A stretch of 64,000 bases of DNA from Vulcanimicrobiota bacterium. Lineage in GTDB: Bacteria > Vulcanimicrobiota > Xenobia > Xenobiales > JADMJV01. Below are positions 30,814 to 41,313 of this stretch, in pieces. A program made the translations under genes and the position numbers. The notes beneath the pieces were generated by a model that had not been told where the DNA came from, did not search any database, and saw only the letters and a list, made by a program, of their open reading frames with translations. Where the stretch lies: the NCBI GenBank assembly GCA_050250895.1, contig JBFWNU010000005.1:288001-352000 (forward strand), read 5' to 3'. Within the stretch, counting starts at the first letter, position 1. Each line of letters begins with the position of its first letter.

Positions 30814-31815
30814 GCGGGCTTCGATCAGTTTAGCGGCGGTGCCGACCGCGACCCCAGCAGCCAGGCCCACCCCGGCTCCCACCAGTCCACCCACGATGCC
30901 GCCCACTACCGGACCATAGCGGTTGGTGGTGAAGACCTTCTCGGTCTGTTGCATGGCCGGATTGCCGTTGGCATCATAAACCGGAACCTGCCGATAAACG
31001 GGGTCTCGCCCATGCGACCAGTCGTCGCCGCGGCTGGGAAAGCCCCATCCGAGGCCCCAGTTCCATTGGTACCAATCGCGCGGAATGTCGCCGATATGAG
31101 TGTTCTGGGTAACCGGGATCATCCACTCGCGAGGGTGCACTTCTTGATGGCCCAGTTCGATGGCGCCCGCTTTGGCGCCGAAATAGGCCCCCACCCCGGC
31201 GCCCAGAACAGTGCCAGCAATGGCGGCGTTGCCCGAGAATTCTACCATCTTTTCGCGTTTGGCCGGAGACAGTTTGGGATGTTGGGTCTGGCCGTCGGTG
31301 ACCACCCGCTGCAAGGCGTTGACCCCAAGTCCGATCCCTAATCCGAGCAGACCACCGCCTACGGCCCCCAGAAAGCCACCCATGAGCGGCTCCCAGCCGT
31401 TGGTGTGATGAAAAACCGGCTCGGTGTAAGAGCCCACCTCGCGCTGGGTTACGTTGGCTGAATAGTTGTGCCACCAACCCTCGATCTCGGTGTGACAGAC
31501 CTCGCGGGCATCGTCGCCATAGCCTTCGGTGTGGCACTCGGTGCGATAGTCAGGAATGACGCTATAGTGGTAGCCGTTGAGTTCGGGGTGGCTGATGGCC
31601 CGGCGCACCCACTCTTCTCGGATGCTGTCCTGGCTTTGCGAGGCAAACCCTGTAATGGTGCCGATGGTAGCCCCGGCCAGGGCGCCGGCGGTGGCGCCGA
31701 GCACGGCATAGTCGCGGCCGCGCCGTTCTTCGTCGCTGCCGTAATCATCGCCCACGACCTGGTTGCCAACCCAGCCGCGAAACTCTCTCCAACTTTCGCT
31801 AACCGCTTTGATCAC
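30760..31815 (-). CDS. glycine-zipper membrane protein with internal duplication
   Basis: Four GxxxG-rich hydrophobic segments in two similar modules; TAGGTT 6 nt before GTG. Confidence 0.7.
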   Translation of the reverse strand: MIKAVSESWREFRGWVGNQVVGDDYGSDEERRGRDYAVLGATAGALAGATIGTITGFASQSQDSIREEWVRRAISHPELNGYHYSVIPDYRTECHTEGYGDDAREVCHTEIEGWWHNYSANVTQREVGSYTEPVFHHTNGWEPLMGGFLGAVGGGLLGLGIGLGVNALQRVVTDGQTQHPKLSPAKREKMVEFSGNAAIAGTVLGAGVGAYFGAKAGAIELGHQEVHPREWMIPVTQNTHIGDIPRDWYQWNWGLGWGFPSRGDDWSHGRDPVYRQVPVYDANGNPAMQQTEKVFTTNRYGPVVGGIVGGLVGAGVGLAAGVAVGTAAKLIEARSALPDTNDKTLRGDGHG

Positions 31816-31936
31816 GAACAGAACCTAACTCGAGCTCCGGGGCGCAGTTGTGACATCGATGTTAATTCCTCCGGAAAGGTTTTGACCCGCCGTTTCAGAA
31901 AGCGTGTGAATGAAAGTCAAAACCGAGGAGCAGGCG

Positions 31937-34900
31937 ATGTTTGAAGCCGTGGGGACGGGGGTCAGCTTTCCCGAACTGGAAGAGCGGATTCTGCAATTCT
32001 GGGACGACCACCAGATCTTCGAGAAGTCCCTCGAAGCCCGGGCCCAAGCCGAAGAATACGTCTTCTACGAAGGTCCGCCCACGGCCAACGGCCGGCCCGG
32101 TGTGCATCACGTTCAGGCCCGGGCTTATAAGGATCTCTTTCCTCGCTACAAGACCATGCGCGGCTTTCTGGTGCGCCGCAAGGCCGGTTGGGACTGCCAC
32201 GGTCTGCCGGTAGAGATCGAGGTCGAGAAGCAACTGGGCTTTTCGGGCAAGACCGAGATCGAGAAGTACGGCGTCGAGCCCTTCAATCGCAAGTGCCGCG
32301 AGTCGGTGATGGTCTATGAAGGGGCCTGGCGCGAGATGACACGGCGCATCGGCTTCTGGATCGATCTCGACGACGCCTATATGACCATGACCAACGACTT
32401 CGTCGAGAGTGTCTGGTGGTCGCTCAAACAGCTATGGGACAAAGAACTGCTCTACAAAGGCTATAAAGTGGTGCCGTTTTGCGCCAAGGACGGCACGCCG
32501 CTTTCCTCGCACGAGGTGGGTCTTGGCTACAAAGAAGTGACCGACCCCTCCATCTACGTGCGTTTTCCCCTGGTCGACCCGGCGGCCCTGGGTCTGCCCG
32601 AGGGAGCGGCTCTGCTGGTCTGGACCACCACTCCCTGGACTTTGCCCGGCAACACGGCCGCGGCCGTCTCGCCAAAATTGACCTATCACGCCGTGCGCTT
32701 CAAAGACGAGGTGCTGGTGCTGGCCGAGAGCCTGTTGGGCCCAGCCCTGGCGGCCGAGTCGGGCTGGCAGAGCATCAAGACCTTCAGCGGCCAGGAACTG
32801 GTGGGCAGCCGTTATCAGGCTCCCTTCACCTTCTTTGACTTCGACAAGCCCGGTCACCGGGTGGTCTCGGGAGAATTCGTCACGGCTGAGGACGGAACCG
32901 GCATCGTCCATATCGCCCCGGCCTTTGGTGCCGACGACTTGCAGATGAGTCGCGACCACGATCTTCCGGTGGTGCACCCGGTCGATGCCAGCGGGCACTT
33001 CAAGCCTGAAATGGGGCAGCTCACCGGACTATGGTTCAAAGACGCCGACGCGGTCGTCATCAAGGACCTGACCGAACGCAAGATTCTCTATCGTAAAGCC
33101 GATTACGTCCACCAGTATCCCCACTGCTGGCGCTGCCGCAACCCGCTGATGTATTACGCCACCGACTCGTGGTTCATCGGCAACACTCGGCTCAAGGATC
33201 GCCTCATCGAGAAGAATCAGGACATCGATTGGCATCCGGCCCATATCAAGAGCGGTCGCTACGGCAACTGGCTCGACAACCTGGTCGACTGGGCCATCTC
33301 GCGCACCCGCTACTGGGGGACCCCGCTACCCATCTGGGAATGTGACTGCGGCAAGCAGACCTGTATCGGCTCGTATCAAGAGCTGGCCGAGTTAGCTTGC
33401 CAGCCGGTCGATGTCGCCGCCGCCGACTTTGACCCCCATCGCCCTTACGTCGACGACATCAAGCTGCGCTGCGAGTGCGGGGCCGAGATGCAGCGCGTGC
33501 CCGAGGTGATCGATTGCTGGTATGACTCGGGCTCGATGCCGTTTGCCCAGCTTCACTATCCCTTCGAGAATAAAGAACGTTTCGAGAAGGCCTTTCCGGC
33601 CGACTTCATCTGCGAGGGCCTCGACCAGACTCGCGGTTGGTTCAACTCGCTGCATCAGCTGGGCGTGATGCTGTTCGACTCGATCGCTTACAAAACGGTC
33701 ATCTGCCACGGCCTGGTGCTGGACCACGACGGCGAGAAGATGTCCAAGTCGCGTGGCAACGTGGTCGATCCCTGGGAGGTGCTCAACGCCCATGGGGCCG
33801 ACGCCCTCCGCTGGTATCTCTACGCCTCGGCCCCGCCCGAACTCTCGCGTCGCTTTTCGGTCGAGCTGGTGGGCGAGGCCTGCCGCCGCTATCTGAGCAC
33901 CCTCTGGAACACCTATCACTTCTTCGTGCTCAACGCCAACGCCATGAAGCCCAACCTGAAGAACCCGACCCCGCCGGCCCAACGCAGCCAGCTCGATCGC
34001 TTTATCCTGGCCGAGCTGCATCGCCTCATCCGTGAGGTGACGGTGCGGATGGACGAATATCAGCTCACCCCGGCGGCCCGGGCCATCCAAGACTTCGTCG
34101 ACGTGCTCTCGAACTGGTACGTGCGCCGCAGCCGCCGCCGTTTCTGGGAGGGCGAGGCCGAGGCCTATCAGACTCTCTATGATTGCCTGCTGACCCTGGC
34201 GCAATTGACGGCGCCCTTCACGCCCTTCGTGGGCGAGGCTCTCTATGGAAATCTGGCCCGCTCGGTCGACCAGGACGCGCCCGTGAGCGTGCATTTGACC
34301 GATTGGCCGCAGTTTGACGAGAGCCTCATCGACGAGGCCCTGATCGCCGACACCGAAGCGGTGATGAAGGTGGTTTCGGTGGGCCGCGCCGCCCGCAACC
34401 AGTCGGGTCACCGAGTGCGCCAGCCACTGGCCGAGCTGCTGGTGCGCAGTCGCGACGCGGCCGAGACCGAGGGGCTCAAGCGCCTGGCTGACCAGATCCT
34501 CGACGAGCTCAACGTCAAGACGATCCGGTTTCTCGAGCCGGGTGAAGAGTTTCTCGACTATTCGGTCAAGCCCAACCTGCGCATCGTGGGCAAGAAATAC
34601 GGCAAGAAGGTGCCGGCCATGCGCGCGGTGCTCGAGCATGTCGACGGCAAGATGGTCGCCCGCTGCGTCAAAGAAGGCCAGCCCGTGCCGCTCGAACTCG
34701 AGGGCGAGACTTTGATGCTCGAGCCCGACGAGGTGCTGGTCGAGGCCCGTTCGCCCGAAGGCTTCGAGGCCCAGGAAGAGGCCGGCATTCTGGTGGCCGT
34801 CTCGACCCATATCACGCCCGAACTCAAGGCCGAGGGCATCGCCCGCGACCTGGTGCGCCACATTCAAGAGCTGCGCAAGAACTCGGGACTCGACATCTCG

Positions 34901-35092
34901 GACCGCATCAAGACCTGGGTCCAGGTCGACGGCGAGATCAGCCAGGCCCTCGAAGCCCATCGCGAGACCATCGCCAACGAGACCCTGTCGCTATCGCTCG
35001 AGACCTCGGCGCCGCCGAGCGAGGCCTCGACCACCGAGGTTTCACTGAACAAGGACGAGCCCAGCTTCAAGATCGGGCTGCTTAGGGCGTGA
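31937..35092 (+). CDS. ileS: isoleucine--tRNA ligase (type 2)
   Basis: EGPPTANG..HH, GWDCHGLP, WTTTPWTL, DQTRGWF, KMSKS; GAGGAG SD. Confidence 0.97.
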   Translation: MFEAVGTGVSFPELEERILQFWDDHQIFEKSLEARAQAEEYVFYEGPPTANGRPGVHHVQARAYKDLFPRYKTMRGFLVRRKAGWDCHGLPVEIEVEKQLGFSGKTEIEKYGVEPFNRKCRESVMVYEGAWREMTRRIGFWIDLDDAYMTMTNDFVESVWWSLKQLWDKELLYKGYKVVPFCAKDGTPLSSHEVGLGYKEVTDPSIYVRFPLVDPAALGLPEGAALLVWTTTPWTLPGNTAAAVSPKLTYHAVRFKDEVLVLAESLLGPALAAESGWQSIKTFSGQELVGSRYQAPFTFFDFDKPGHRVVSGEFVTAEDGTGIVHIAPAFGADDLQMSRDHDLPVVHPVDASGHFKPEMGQLTGLWFKDADAVVIKDLTERKILYRKADYVHQYPHCWRCRNPLMYYATDSWFIGNTRLKDRLIEKNQDIDWHPAHIKSGRYGNWLDNLVDWAISRTRYWGTPLPIWECDCGKQTCIGSYQELAELACQPVDVAAADFDPHRPYVDDIKLRCECGAEMQRVPEVIDCWYDSGSMPFAQLHYPFENKERFEKAFPADFICEGLDQTRGWFNSLHQLGVMLFDSIAYKTVICHGLVLDHDGEKMSKSRGNVVDPWEVLNAHGADALRWYLYASAPPELSRRFSVELVGEACRRYLSTLWNTYHFFVLNANAMKPNLKNPTPPAQRSQLDRFILAELHRLIREVTVRMDEYQLTPAARAIQDFVDVLSNWYVRRSRRRFWEGEAEAYQTLYDCLLTLAQLTAPFTPFVGEALYGNLARSVDQDAPVSVHLTDWPQFDESLIDEALIADTEAVMKVVSVGRAARNQSGHRVRQPLAELLVRSRDAAETEGLKRLADQILDELNVKTIRFLEPGEEFLDYSVKPNLRIVGKKYGKKVPAMRAVLEHVDGKMVARCVKEGQPVPLELEGETLMLEPDEVLVEARSPEGFEAQEEAGILVAVSTHITPELKAEGIARDLVRHIQELRKNSGLDISDRIKTWVQVDGEISQALEAHRETIANETLSLSLETSAPPSEASTTEVSLNKDEPSFKIGLLRA

Positions 35093-35889
35093 CCGCTCCC
35101 CAGCCTCTGGGTAGCGTGTCTGACGAGCTTCCCAAGGCGCGAAATCCGGCCTGGGCCGCGATCCTCTCTTTGATGGTCCCGGGCCTGGGGCAGGTCTACA
35201 ATGGGCGGCTCCAGCTGGGTATCGGCTGTTGGCTGCTTTGGCTGGGCCTGAATCTAGGCTCTCCTTTTTTTTGGGCCCCTTTGCTGGCGCTGGGTTTCTG
35301 GGCGGTGGCAGGCGCCTATCTGTTCTTGCCGTTGGTGCGGCTTGCTATCGTGCTCCAGGCAGGTTTCGATGCTCGTCGTTGTAGAGGCAACCGACGCTGC
35401 TCCTGGTGGCTCTATCTGGTCATGGCGGGCTTTCCTGTCGCCTTTCACCTCCTGCTGGGATCGGCCTGGCTGGCCGCCATCCCTATTCATACTCTGCAGA
35501 CATCGTCTGGGGGGATGGTCCCCACGCTGTATCCGGGCGATTGTGTAATCGCTGACTATCGGGCTTTCACTCCGACCAACGGGGACATCATCATCTACGA
35601 CTACGAGGGCGCCAGCTATATCAAAAGGGTGGCAGCAGTGGGCGGCCAGCGCATCGAGATTCGGGACAGTAAGCTCCTGGTGGACGATCAGGTCGTGCCA
35701 ACCGTTTGGGAAGAGCCGTCCTACATGGACTATCCAGAGTCGCTGGTCCCGCCGGGCCACTACTTCGTGCTGGGTGACAACATCAATAACTCCCGCGATT
35801 CGCGTTTTCTCGACCCGGTGCCGGGCGACAAGGTGCTGGGGCGCGTCGTTTATCGATATTTTGGCACAGAGATCGGAACCCGACTTTAG
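35089..35889 (+). CDS. lepB: signal peptidase I
   Basis: SGGMVPTL (catalytic Ser), YIKRV (Lys), GDNINNSRDSR. Confidence 0.88.
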   Translation: MTAPQPLGSVSDELPKARNPAWAAILSLMVPGLGQVYNGRLQLGIGCWLLWLGLNLGSPFFWAPLLALGFWAVAGAYLFLPLVRLAIVLQAGFDARRCRGNRRCSWWLYLVMAGFPVAFHLLLGSAWLAAIPIHTLQTSSGGMVPTLYPGDCVIADYRAFTPTNGDIIIYDYEGASYIKRVAAVGGQRIEIRDSKLLVDDQVVPTVWEEPSYMDYPESLVPPGHYFVLGDNINNSRDSRFLDPVPGDKVLGRVVYRYFGTEIGTRL

Positions 35890-35925
35890 TTTCAGTCTAG
35901 ATTCAGCGGGGCCATCTAGGCTGTA

Positions 35926-36993
35926 GTGGTGAAGGTCCGTTCCGCGCCGGCCTGGCCTGCCCATATCGAGCGTCAGCTCGCCAAACTCACGCCCGACCAG
36001 GCGCAGATGTTTGGCGATCTTTACCAATCGACGCGACGCCTCGAGAAATGGCGCGGGGCTGAGCGTTTTGGCGCCAAAGAAGCCCTGGAGCGCCTGCTGG
36101 TCAATGGCACCCTGACCCGCAAACCCGACAGCCAGGGCCACACCCTGCTCGAGAACCTGGTCGAAATGCAGACCGACCCATCCATCGGCAAGACCTATCG
36201 CCGCGATTTGATGGGCTGGACCCTGGCCCATCTCGCCTTTCCCAAGCAGAGCTTCAATCAGGTGCCAGACAAAGGCACCTGCGCTCCCACCGTGCTGGCT
36301 TATGACCTGGCCCTCGACGCTCCGGCCGAGTTCGTGCGTCTGGTGGATGGGCTGGCCGGGCACGAGCGCGAGGTTGCCATGGCCAACGGCGAGATGCTCC
36401 ATCGCGCCGCGGGCAGTTTGCAGAACGGCTCACGCGACGGTTCGCCCGTGGAGCGGATGCTGCAGGCTTCGTTGATGGGCTTCGCCCGCCCCGAAGACCG
36501 CTACTCGCTGGCCGAGGACGCCTTCGAGGCTGGCGAGGACACCGGGCTCGAGCCGGCTCAGGTGGTGCGTCTGGTCGGGGCCCTCACCGGTCATCCGGTC
36601 GAAACGCGCCAGGTCGACCTCGACGACCTGCGGGCTCTGGTCAAGACCACCAATGGCCGCGCTCCGACGGTGATTCGTTGGAGCAGTGATCCCGAGGGCA
36701 AGCATAGCTACCACATGGTGATGGTCACGTCTGTTTCGGGGGAGCACGTCTATTATCGCAACCCCTGGGGCAACCGGGGCGACGACGACGAGACCCTCGA
36801 GGGCGCCCGCGAAGTCTTCAAGAACGGCTTCGAGCGCATGAGCCTGGGCGAGTTCGAAGGCCGTCTGGCCTGGGCCGTTTTGCCGGCTGGCTGGACGGCT
36901 CCGCCTTTCGAGCCGCTGCTCTTGACCGACCCGGTCAAGCCCGAGCCGAGCCGCGGGTTTTTCGGACGCCTCTGGGACAGCCTTTTCGGTTGA
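35926..36993 (+). CDS. putative papain/calpain-fold cysteine protease
   Basis: Q..KGTC (oxyanion Gln and Cys), YHMVMV (His), YYRNPWG (Asn) in catalytic order. Confidence 0.6.
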   Translation: MVKVRSAPAWPAHIERQLAKLTPDQAQMFGDLYQSTRRLEKWRGAERFGAKEALERLLVNGTLTRKPDSQGHTLLENLVEMQTDPSIGKTYRRDLMGWTLAHLAFPKQSFNQVPDKGTCAPTVLAYDLALDAPAEFVRLVDGLAGHEREVAMANGEMLHRAAGSLQNGSRDGSPVERMLQASLMGFARPEDRYSLAEDAFEAGEDTGLEPAQVVRLVGALTGHPVETRQVDLDDLRALVKTTNGRAPTVIRWSSDPEGKHSYHMVMVTSVSGEHVYYRNPWGNRGDDDETLEGAREVFKNGFERMSLGEFEGRLAWAVLPAGWTAPPFEPLLLTDPVKPEPSRGFFGRLWDSLFG

Positions 36994-36996
36994 TGA

Positions 36997-37578
36997 TTAC
37001 GAAGTCACGGGTTTTTCCAGGCCAAGGCGCTTTTGGGTGTGCTCCATGAAGCTCTGGTAGGGCTCCAGACCCTCGGGAAACAGCTCCATCATCTGGTACC
37101 AACTCAATTCGGTGTGAAGAATGACATCGAGCACCGAGAACGTGTCTCCCAAGACGAAGGGCCCGCGGAAGCGGCCGGCCATGGCTTCGAACAACTCACG
37201 AACCTTGGCTCGGCACTCGCTCTTGTCCTCGGCCGTAAAGGCCTGCATGGCTACCTGTTCGAGGGTGGATTGGATGAAAAGAACCCATTCATACAAGAGG
37301 GCACGCTCGGGGGTGCCCACTTTGGGTGTGTTCAGCTTGTCGGGAAACAGGTCGGCCAGATACAGTGTGATGGCGCCGGACTCGACGATGGTGGTGTCGC
37401 CGTGGACCAGGGCCGGCACCCGGCCGTAGGGATGGATCTTTAGATACTCGGGCGTTCTGTTCTCTCCGGCTTTGAAGTCGATGATGCGCTCTTCATGGGG
37501 AATCTCGAAGATCTGCAAGATGCGCTGGGTGCGAACACCCCGGCTCATCGGATTGGTGTAGTGAATCAGGTTGCTCAT
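36997..37578 (-). CDS. glutathione S-transferase family protein
   Basis: IHPYGRVPAL, ESGAITLYLAD, FVLGDTFSVLD. Confidence 0.92.
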   Translation of the reverse strand: MSNLIHYTNPMSRGVRTQRILQIFEIPHEERIIDFKAGENRTPEYLKIHPYGRVPALVHGDTTIVESGAITLYLADLFPDKLNTPKVGTPERALLYEWVLFIQSTLEQVAMQAFTAEDKSECRAKVRELFEAMAGRFRGPFVLGDTFSVLDVILHTELSWYQMMELFPEGLEPYQSFMEHTQKRLGLEKPVTS

Positions 37579-37650
37579 AGAGCGAGCCTTCGCCAGGACC
37601 GGGATGGATACTTTCCAGGAGGGAAGAGTTCTTCTTTCGAAACCAGCCGG

Positions 37651-39438
37651 ATGCACAGCACACTGATCCTGGTGGCCGTGGGACCCAGCGGCGAGCGTCA
37701 GGAGTTTTCGCTCAACGACCACTCCTATGCCGTGGGCCGGGCCGACGGCCGTCACGACCCGCGCCGACTGGCGATCAGCGGCGATCCGCTACTGTCGCGG
37801 CATCACTTCGACCTCGACTTCGAGAACGGCAGCTTCACGGTCGTGCGCAACCCGGCCGCCAAGAATCCCATCTTTTTTATGGGTAAAGAGAGCGACCGCT
37901 TCGAACTCGCTCCGGGTCAGACGTTTCTTTCGGGCAAGACCCGCTTCCAGCTGGCTTTTCGCGGCACCGTCGGAGACACCCCGCCCACCACCGAGTTCAC
38001 CCTGCTGCGCACCGACTACCAGCCGGCCAAACGGCAGAACATCGCCGAGTGTTTTCGGGCGCTGGTCGAACTTTTGCCAGAGCTGCGCAACAGCGCCGAA
38101 GAAGAGACCGCTTTCAACAGCGCTGTGGGGGTGCTCAAGAGCCTGCTGCCGGATGCCGCCGAGTTCATGGTGTTCAAAGTGTCTCGGGAGGGCGAACTCG
38201 AGACCCAGCTGGTGGCCTCTGCCACCAAACCGGGGCGCAGCGGCACCACTCCGCCCAGCCGCGGCCTGCTGAGCCGGGCCTTTGAATCCAACGGCACCAT
38301 CGCCCACGTCTGGGCGGCCGGGCAGGCCGAACCCAGCGCCATGACCGAACACGCTCGGGCCGATTGGGCGGTAGCCTCGCCGGTCGAGGTGGCCGGCAGC
38401 GAGTGCTACGCTTTGTATGTGGTGGGCAGCGCCCCGGCCGCCCTCAGTCCCACCGAGGCCGAGCGCCAGAAGCGCTATCTCGATGACATGACCGCTTTGG
38501 TCGACATCGTGGCCGAGACCCTCAGCCACCATCTGGCGGTGGCCAGGCTCAACCGTTTCGAAGGCCAGGTCACGCGCTTTTTCTCGCCGGTCCTGCGCCA
38601 GAGCCTGGCCGGACGCGAATTCAGCGAAGTCCTAAGACCCACCCGCCGGGTGGTGACGGTGCTCTTCTTTGACCTGCGAGGCTTTTCTCGAGCTACTGAA
38701 GAGGCCGAAGAGGACCTCGAGCAGATTCTCGGCCACCACGAGGTCCTGACCGACGTCATGACGGCGGTGACCGATTGCGTATTTAGCCAGGACGGGGTGG
38801 TGGTCGACTATCAGGGCGACGCCGTCATGGCCTGCTGGGGCGCGCTGGCCGACGGCTCAGAGGCTCACAAAGCCGTGGCCGCCGCCCGCAACATCGTGGA
38901 GCGGATCTATTCGATGGACCTGCCCTTTACCAGCGGACCTCGGGCTTTGCGCTGCGGCCTGGGGCTGGCCTCGGGCGAGGCCATCGCTGGTCAGATTGGT
39001 GCTCGTGAGCAGATCAAGTTCGGCGTGCTGGGACGGGTGGTAAATCTCGCTTCTCGGCTCGAGGGGCTGACCAAGTACTTCGGCGTGCCCATTCTAATGA
39101 GTGACGGAGTCCGTCAGAATCTGGTGGATAATGAATGTCTTTGTCGCCGCATCGGCATGGTTCGCCCGGCCGGGGTGGCCGAAGCTACCGAGGTCCATGA
39201 ACTGGTGGTCGGCTCAGAATTTGGCGGTTCGGGGCTCTCGTTGGACGAGGTGAGGTCTTTCGAAGAGGCCGCCCTGCTGTTTTCGCGCGGGGATATGAAT
39301 GCGGCCTACGAGGCGCTGCTCGAGGGGTCCCGTGCCAACGACCCGGTGGGACGCTTTCTCACCCGCAGCACGCTGCAATACCTCGACGACGGGGTGCCCA
39401 AAGGGTGGGACGGCGTGCTGCGCTTCGACCGCAAATAG
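37651..39438 (+). CDS. FHA-GAF-adenylate/guanylate cyclase
   Basis: FHA-like N-terminus (VGR..LSRHH), FFDLRGFS, YQGDAVMACWG, VNLASRLEG. Confidence 0.9.
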   Translation: MHSTLILVAVGPSGERQEFSLNDHSYAVGRADGRHDPRRLAISGDPLLSRHHFDLDFENGSFTVVRNPAAKNPIFFMGKESDRFELAPGQTFLSGKTRFQLAFRGTVGDTPPTTEFTLLRTDYQPAKRQNIAECFRALVELLPELRNSAEEETAFNSAVGVLKSLLPDAAEFMVFKVSREGELETQLVASATKPGRSGTTPPSRGLLSRAFESNGTIAHVWAAGQAEPSAMTEHARADWAVASPVEVAGSECYALYVVGSAPAALSPTEAERQKRYLDDMTALVDIVAETLSHHLAVARLNRFEGQVTRFFSPVLRQSLAGREFSEVLRPTRRVVTVLFFDLRGFSRATEEAEEDLEQILGHHEVLTDVMTAVTDCVFSQDGVVVDYQGDAVMACWGALADGSEAHKAVAAARNIVERIYSMDLPFTSGPRALRCGLGLASGEAIAGQIGAREQIKFGVLGRVVNLASRLEGLTKYFGVPILMSDGVRQNLVDNECLCRRIGMVRPAGVAEATEVHELVVGSEFGGSGLSLDEVRSFEEAALLFSRGDMNAAYEALLEGSRANDPVGRFLTRSTLQYLDDGVPKGWDGVLRFDRK

Positions 39439-39441
39439 GCG

Positions 39442-39819
39442 TTAGGCGCTCAGGGTCAAGGCCTCGACCACAGCCTCGAAAAGGTCCTGGGTGCGAAACG
39501 GCTTTTGTAGAAAGCCGTGACTCTTGGCCATCTGGGCCTGGGTGGGTGGATAGCCGCTGGTCAGGATCTTGGGCAACTTGAGGGGCAGGGCCTCGAGCCG
39601 TTCGAAAAGCTCGATACCGTCCATGTCGGGCATGGTGAGGTCGGCAATCACCAGGTCGAATCTTTGCTCGGGATCGCTGGCCAGACTCAGGGCTTGAGCT
39701 CCGCTTGCGGCCAGACACACCTCATAGCCCCGCGAACTCAGCATGCGCCCCACGGTGGTCAGGACCATCAGTTCGTCGTCGACCAGCAGCAATCTGACCG
39801 AACCCTCGGTCGAGCTCAT
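39442..39819 (-). CDS. single-domain response regulator
   Basis: LLVDDE, ADLTMPDMDG, LQKPF. Confidence 0.9.
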   Translation of the reverse strand: MSSTEGSVRLLLVDDELMVLTTVGRMLSSRGYEVCLAASGAQALSLASDPEQRFDLVIADLTMPDMDGIELFERLEALPLKLPKILTSGYPPTQAQMAKSHGFLQKPFRTQDLFEAVVEALTLSA

Positions 39820-40142
39820 TATCGCGTTCGCTGTTCTAGAGAGTCGACACGAAGGTCGTCGATGCGACGCGCCAGGGCCTCGAGTTCAGAACGCAGGGCC
39901 ACAGCCTGGTCTTGCGTTGCCCGGGCCTGGTCGGCGCCGCCCAGACGCTGATGCTGGGTGTCGAGGTCGCCGCGAAGGTTTTCGACCATCTGGGCCAACT
40001 CGTTGCGGGTGACGGCGCGGTCGGGCTGCAGCTGACCGTCATGGTAGCCCTGCAGCAGGCCGCGCTCGACCAGCCCTTCCATCGGGGGGCGGGCCAGGGC
40101 CGGTGTGACCAGCAACAGTAGGAGAATCAGGCTGCGCTTCAT
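39819..40142 (-). CDS. S-layer homology (SLH) domain protein
   Basis: Signal peptide; GLLQGYHDG..PDRAVTRNELA; coiled-coil tail. Confidence 0.82.
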   Translation of the reverse strand: MKRSLILLLLLVTPALARPPMEGLVERGLLQGYHDGQLQPDRAVTRNELAQMVENLRGDLDTQHQRLGGADQARATQDQAVALRSELEALARRIDDLRVDSLEQRTR

Positions 40143-40214
40143 ACAGTGGTGTTCGCTGCCGGCCCCGGCATGGCCTTCGGCGGGAACACCGGCGGCCGTC
40201 ACGAAGGCTAGGGT

Positions 40215-40634
40215 ATGAGACTCACGCTAGCAACCCTGACTTTTCTGTTCCTCTCGAGTGCTGCTTTTGCGGCTCCCCCGGTGATGTCAAGCACCACCGC
40301 CACCGCCCAGGGCGACGTGCGTCGACCGGTCGTGGTCGAGGTCACCGTCGAGAATCGAGGCAAGGAGCCATCGGACCCGGCCGTGGCCACGGTGCACTTT
40401 ACGCCCAAGGTTCGGGGCGGAGGTGGCGACACCCTCAAGGACCCGCTCGACTTGCGCCAGCAGGTGCCGCCGCTGCAACCCGGCGAGCGCAAGGTGGTCA
40501 CGTTCGCCACCCCTTACGAGTCGCGTAACGCCTTTCGCAATCAGCGAGGGACCTTCCGGGCCTTCAATATCGACCCCGCCCAGGAGATCGTGATCGAGTT
40601 CAAGGGGGCCGTGGGTCCGATGCCCACCCGTTGA
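40215..40634 (+). CDS. secreted CARDB/Ig-like protein
   Basis: Signal peptide; VTVENRG..VPPLQPGE pattern. Confidence 0.65.
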   Translation: MRLTLATLTFLFLSSAAFAAPPVMSSTTATAQGDVRRPVVVEVTVENRGKEPSDPAVATVHFTPKVRGGGGDTLKDPLDLRQQVPPLQPGERKVVTFATPYESRNAFRNQRGTFRAFNIDPAQEIVIEFKGAVGPMPTR

Positions 40635-41302
40635 GCGATCCGGCTGCCCGCCTGGCTGATCTGCTGCCGGGCGCCAACCTGACCGTTCAAGAGATTCCGA
40701 TGGCCAGACCGATGCGTCTGGCCTTATTGCAATCCGACTTTACCCAGGCCGGCTTGCCGCCGGCCGTGACGCGCCGTCTCATGGAAGAGCCACCATTCTG
40801 GGTCTTCTGCTGGCCCAGTGGCCATCTGCTGGCTCACCTCATTGCCACGAATCCCGCCCTGGTGACCGGCCGCACCGTGCTCGATTTTGGATGCGGGGCG
40901 GGAGTGGTGGCCGTCGCTGCCGCCCTGCACGGCGCTCGGGCGCTGGCCTGCGACCTGGACCCGGTAGCCCTGGCGGCGACCGCCCACAACGCTGCTCTCA
41001 ATCAGGTTGAGGTCGAGCTCTTTAGCGATTATGACAGCATCCAGGGCACCATCGATGTGGTCTTTCTAGCCGACGTGCTCTATGACCACACCAACCTGCC
41101 CTGGTTGGCCCGGTTGGCCGTCCGAGCCGAGGGGATGGCGGTGGCCGACTCACGCTTTCATGGTGACCCGGGCCACGGCTTGCGGTTGCTGGGAACTCGG
41201 CCCATGCGGGCTGTGCCAGACTTTGACCTGCACGACGAGTTTGGCCAGGTCTCGCTGTTCGCTCGCGGCCTACCCGAGGAAGGACTAACCCTGCCGGCGT
41301 AA
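40631..41302 (+). CDS. class I SAM-dependent methyltransferase (METTL20/PrmA-like)
   Basis: PPFWVFCWPSG, VLDFGCGAG, ADVLYD. Confidence 0.88.
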   Translation: MSDPAARLADLLPGANLTVQEIPMARPMRLALLQSDFTQAGLPPAVTRRLMEEPPFWVFCWPSGHLLAHLIATNPALVTGRTVLDFGCGAGVVAVAAALHGARALACDLDPVALAATAHNAALNQVEVELFSDYDSIQGTIDVVFLADVLYDHTNLPWLARLAVRAEGMAVADSRFHGDPGHGLRLLGTRPMRAVPDFDLHDEFGQVSLFARGLPEEGLTLPA

Positions 41303-41313
41303 AACGGCCGCCC

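Noticed and set aside
31816-31936. T-box leader for ileS
   Set aside because: Gap is only about 120 bp with no T-box consensus or terminator.
28-34960. Long antisense or alternate-frame ORFs (e.g. 28-900, 2988-4211, 8959-10320, 33392-34960)
   Set aside because: Shadow ORFs of well-supported genes, typical of high-GC sequence.
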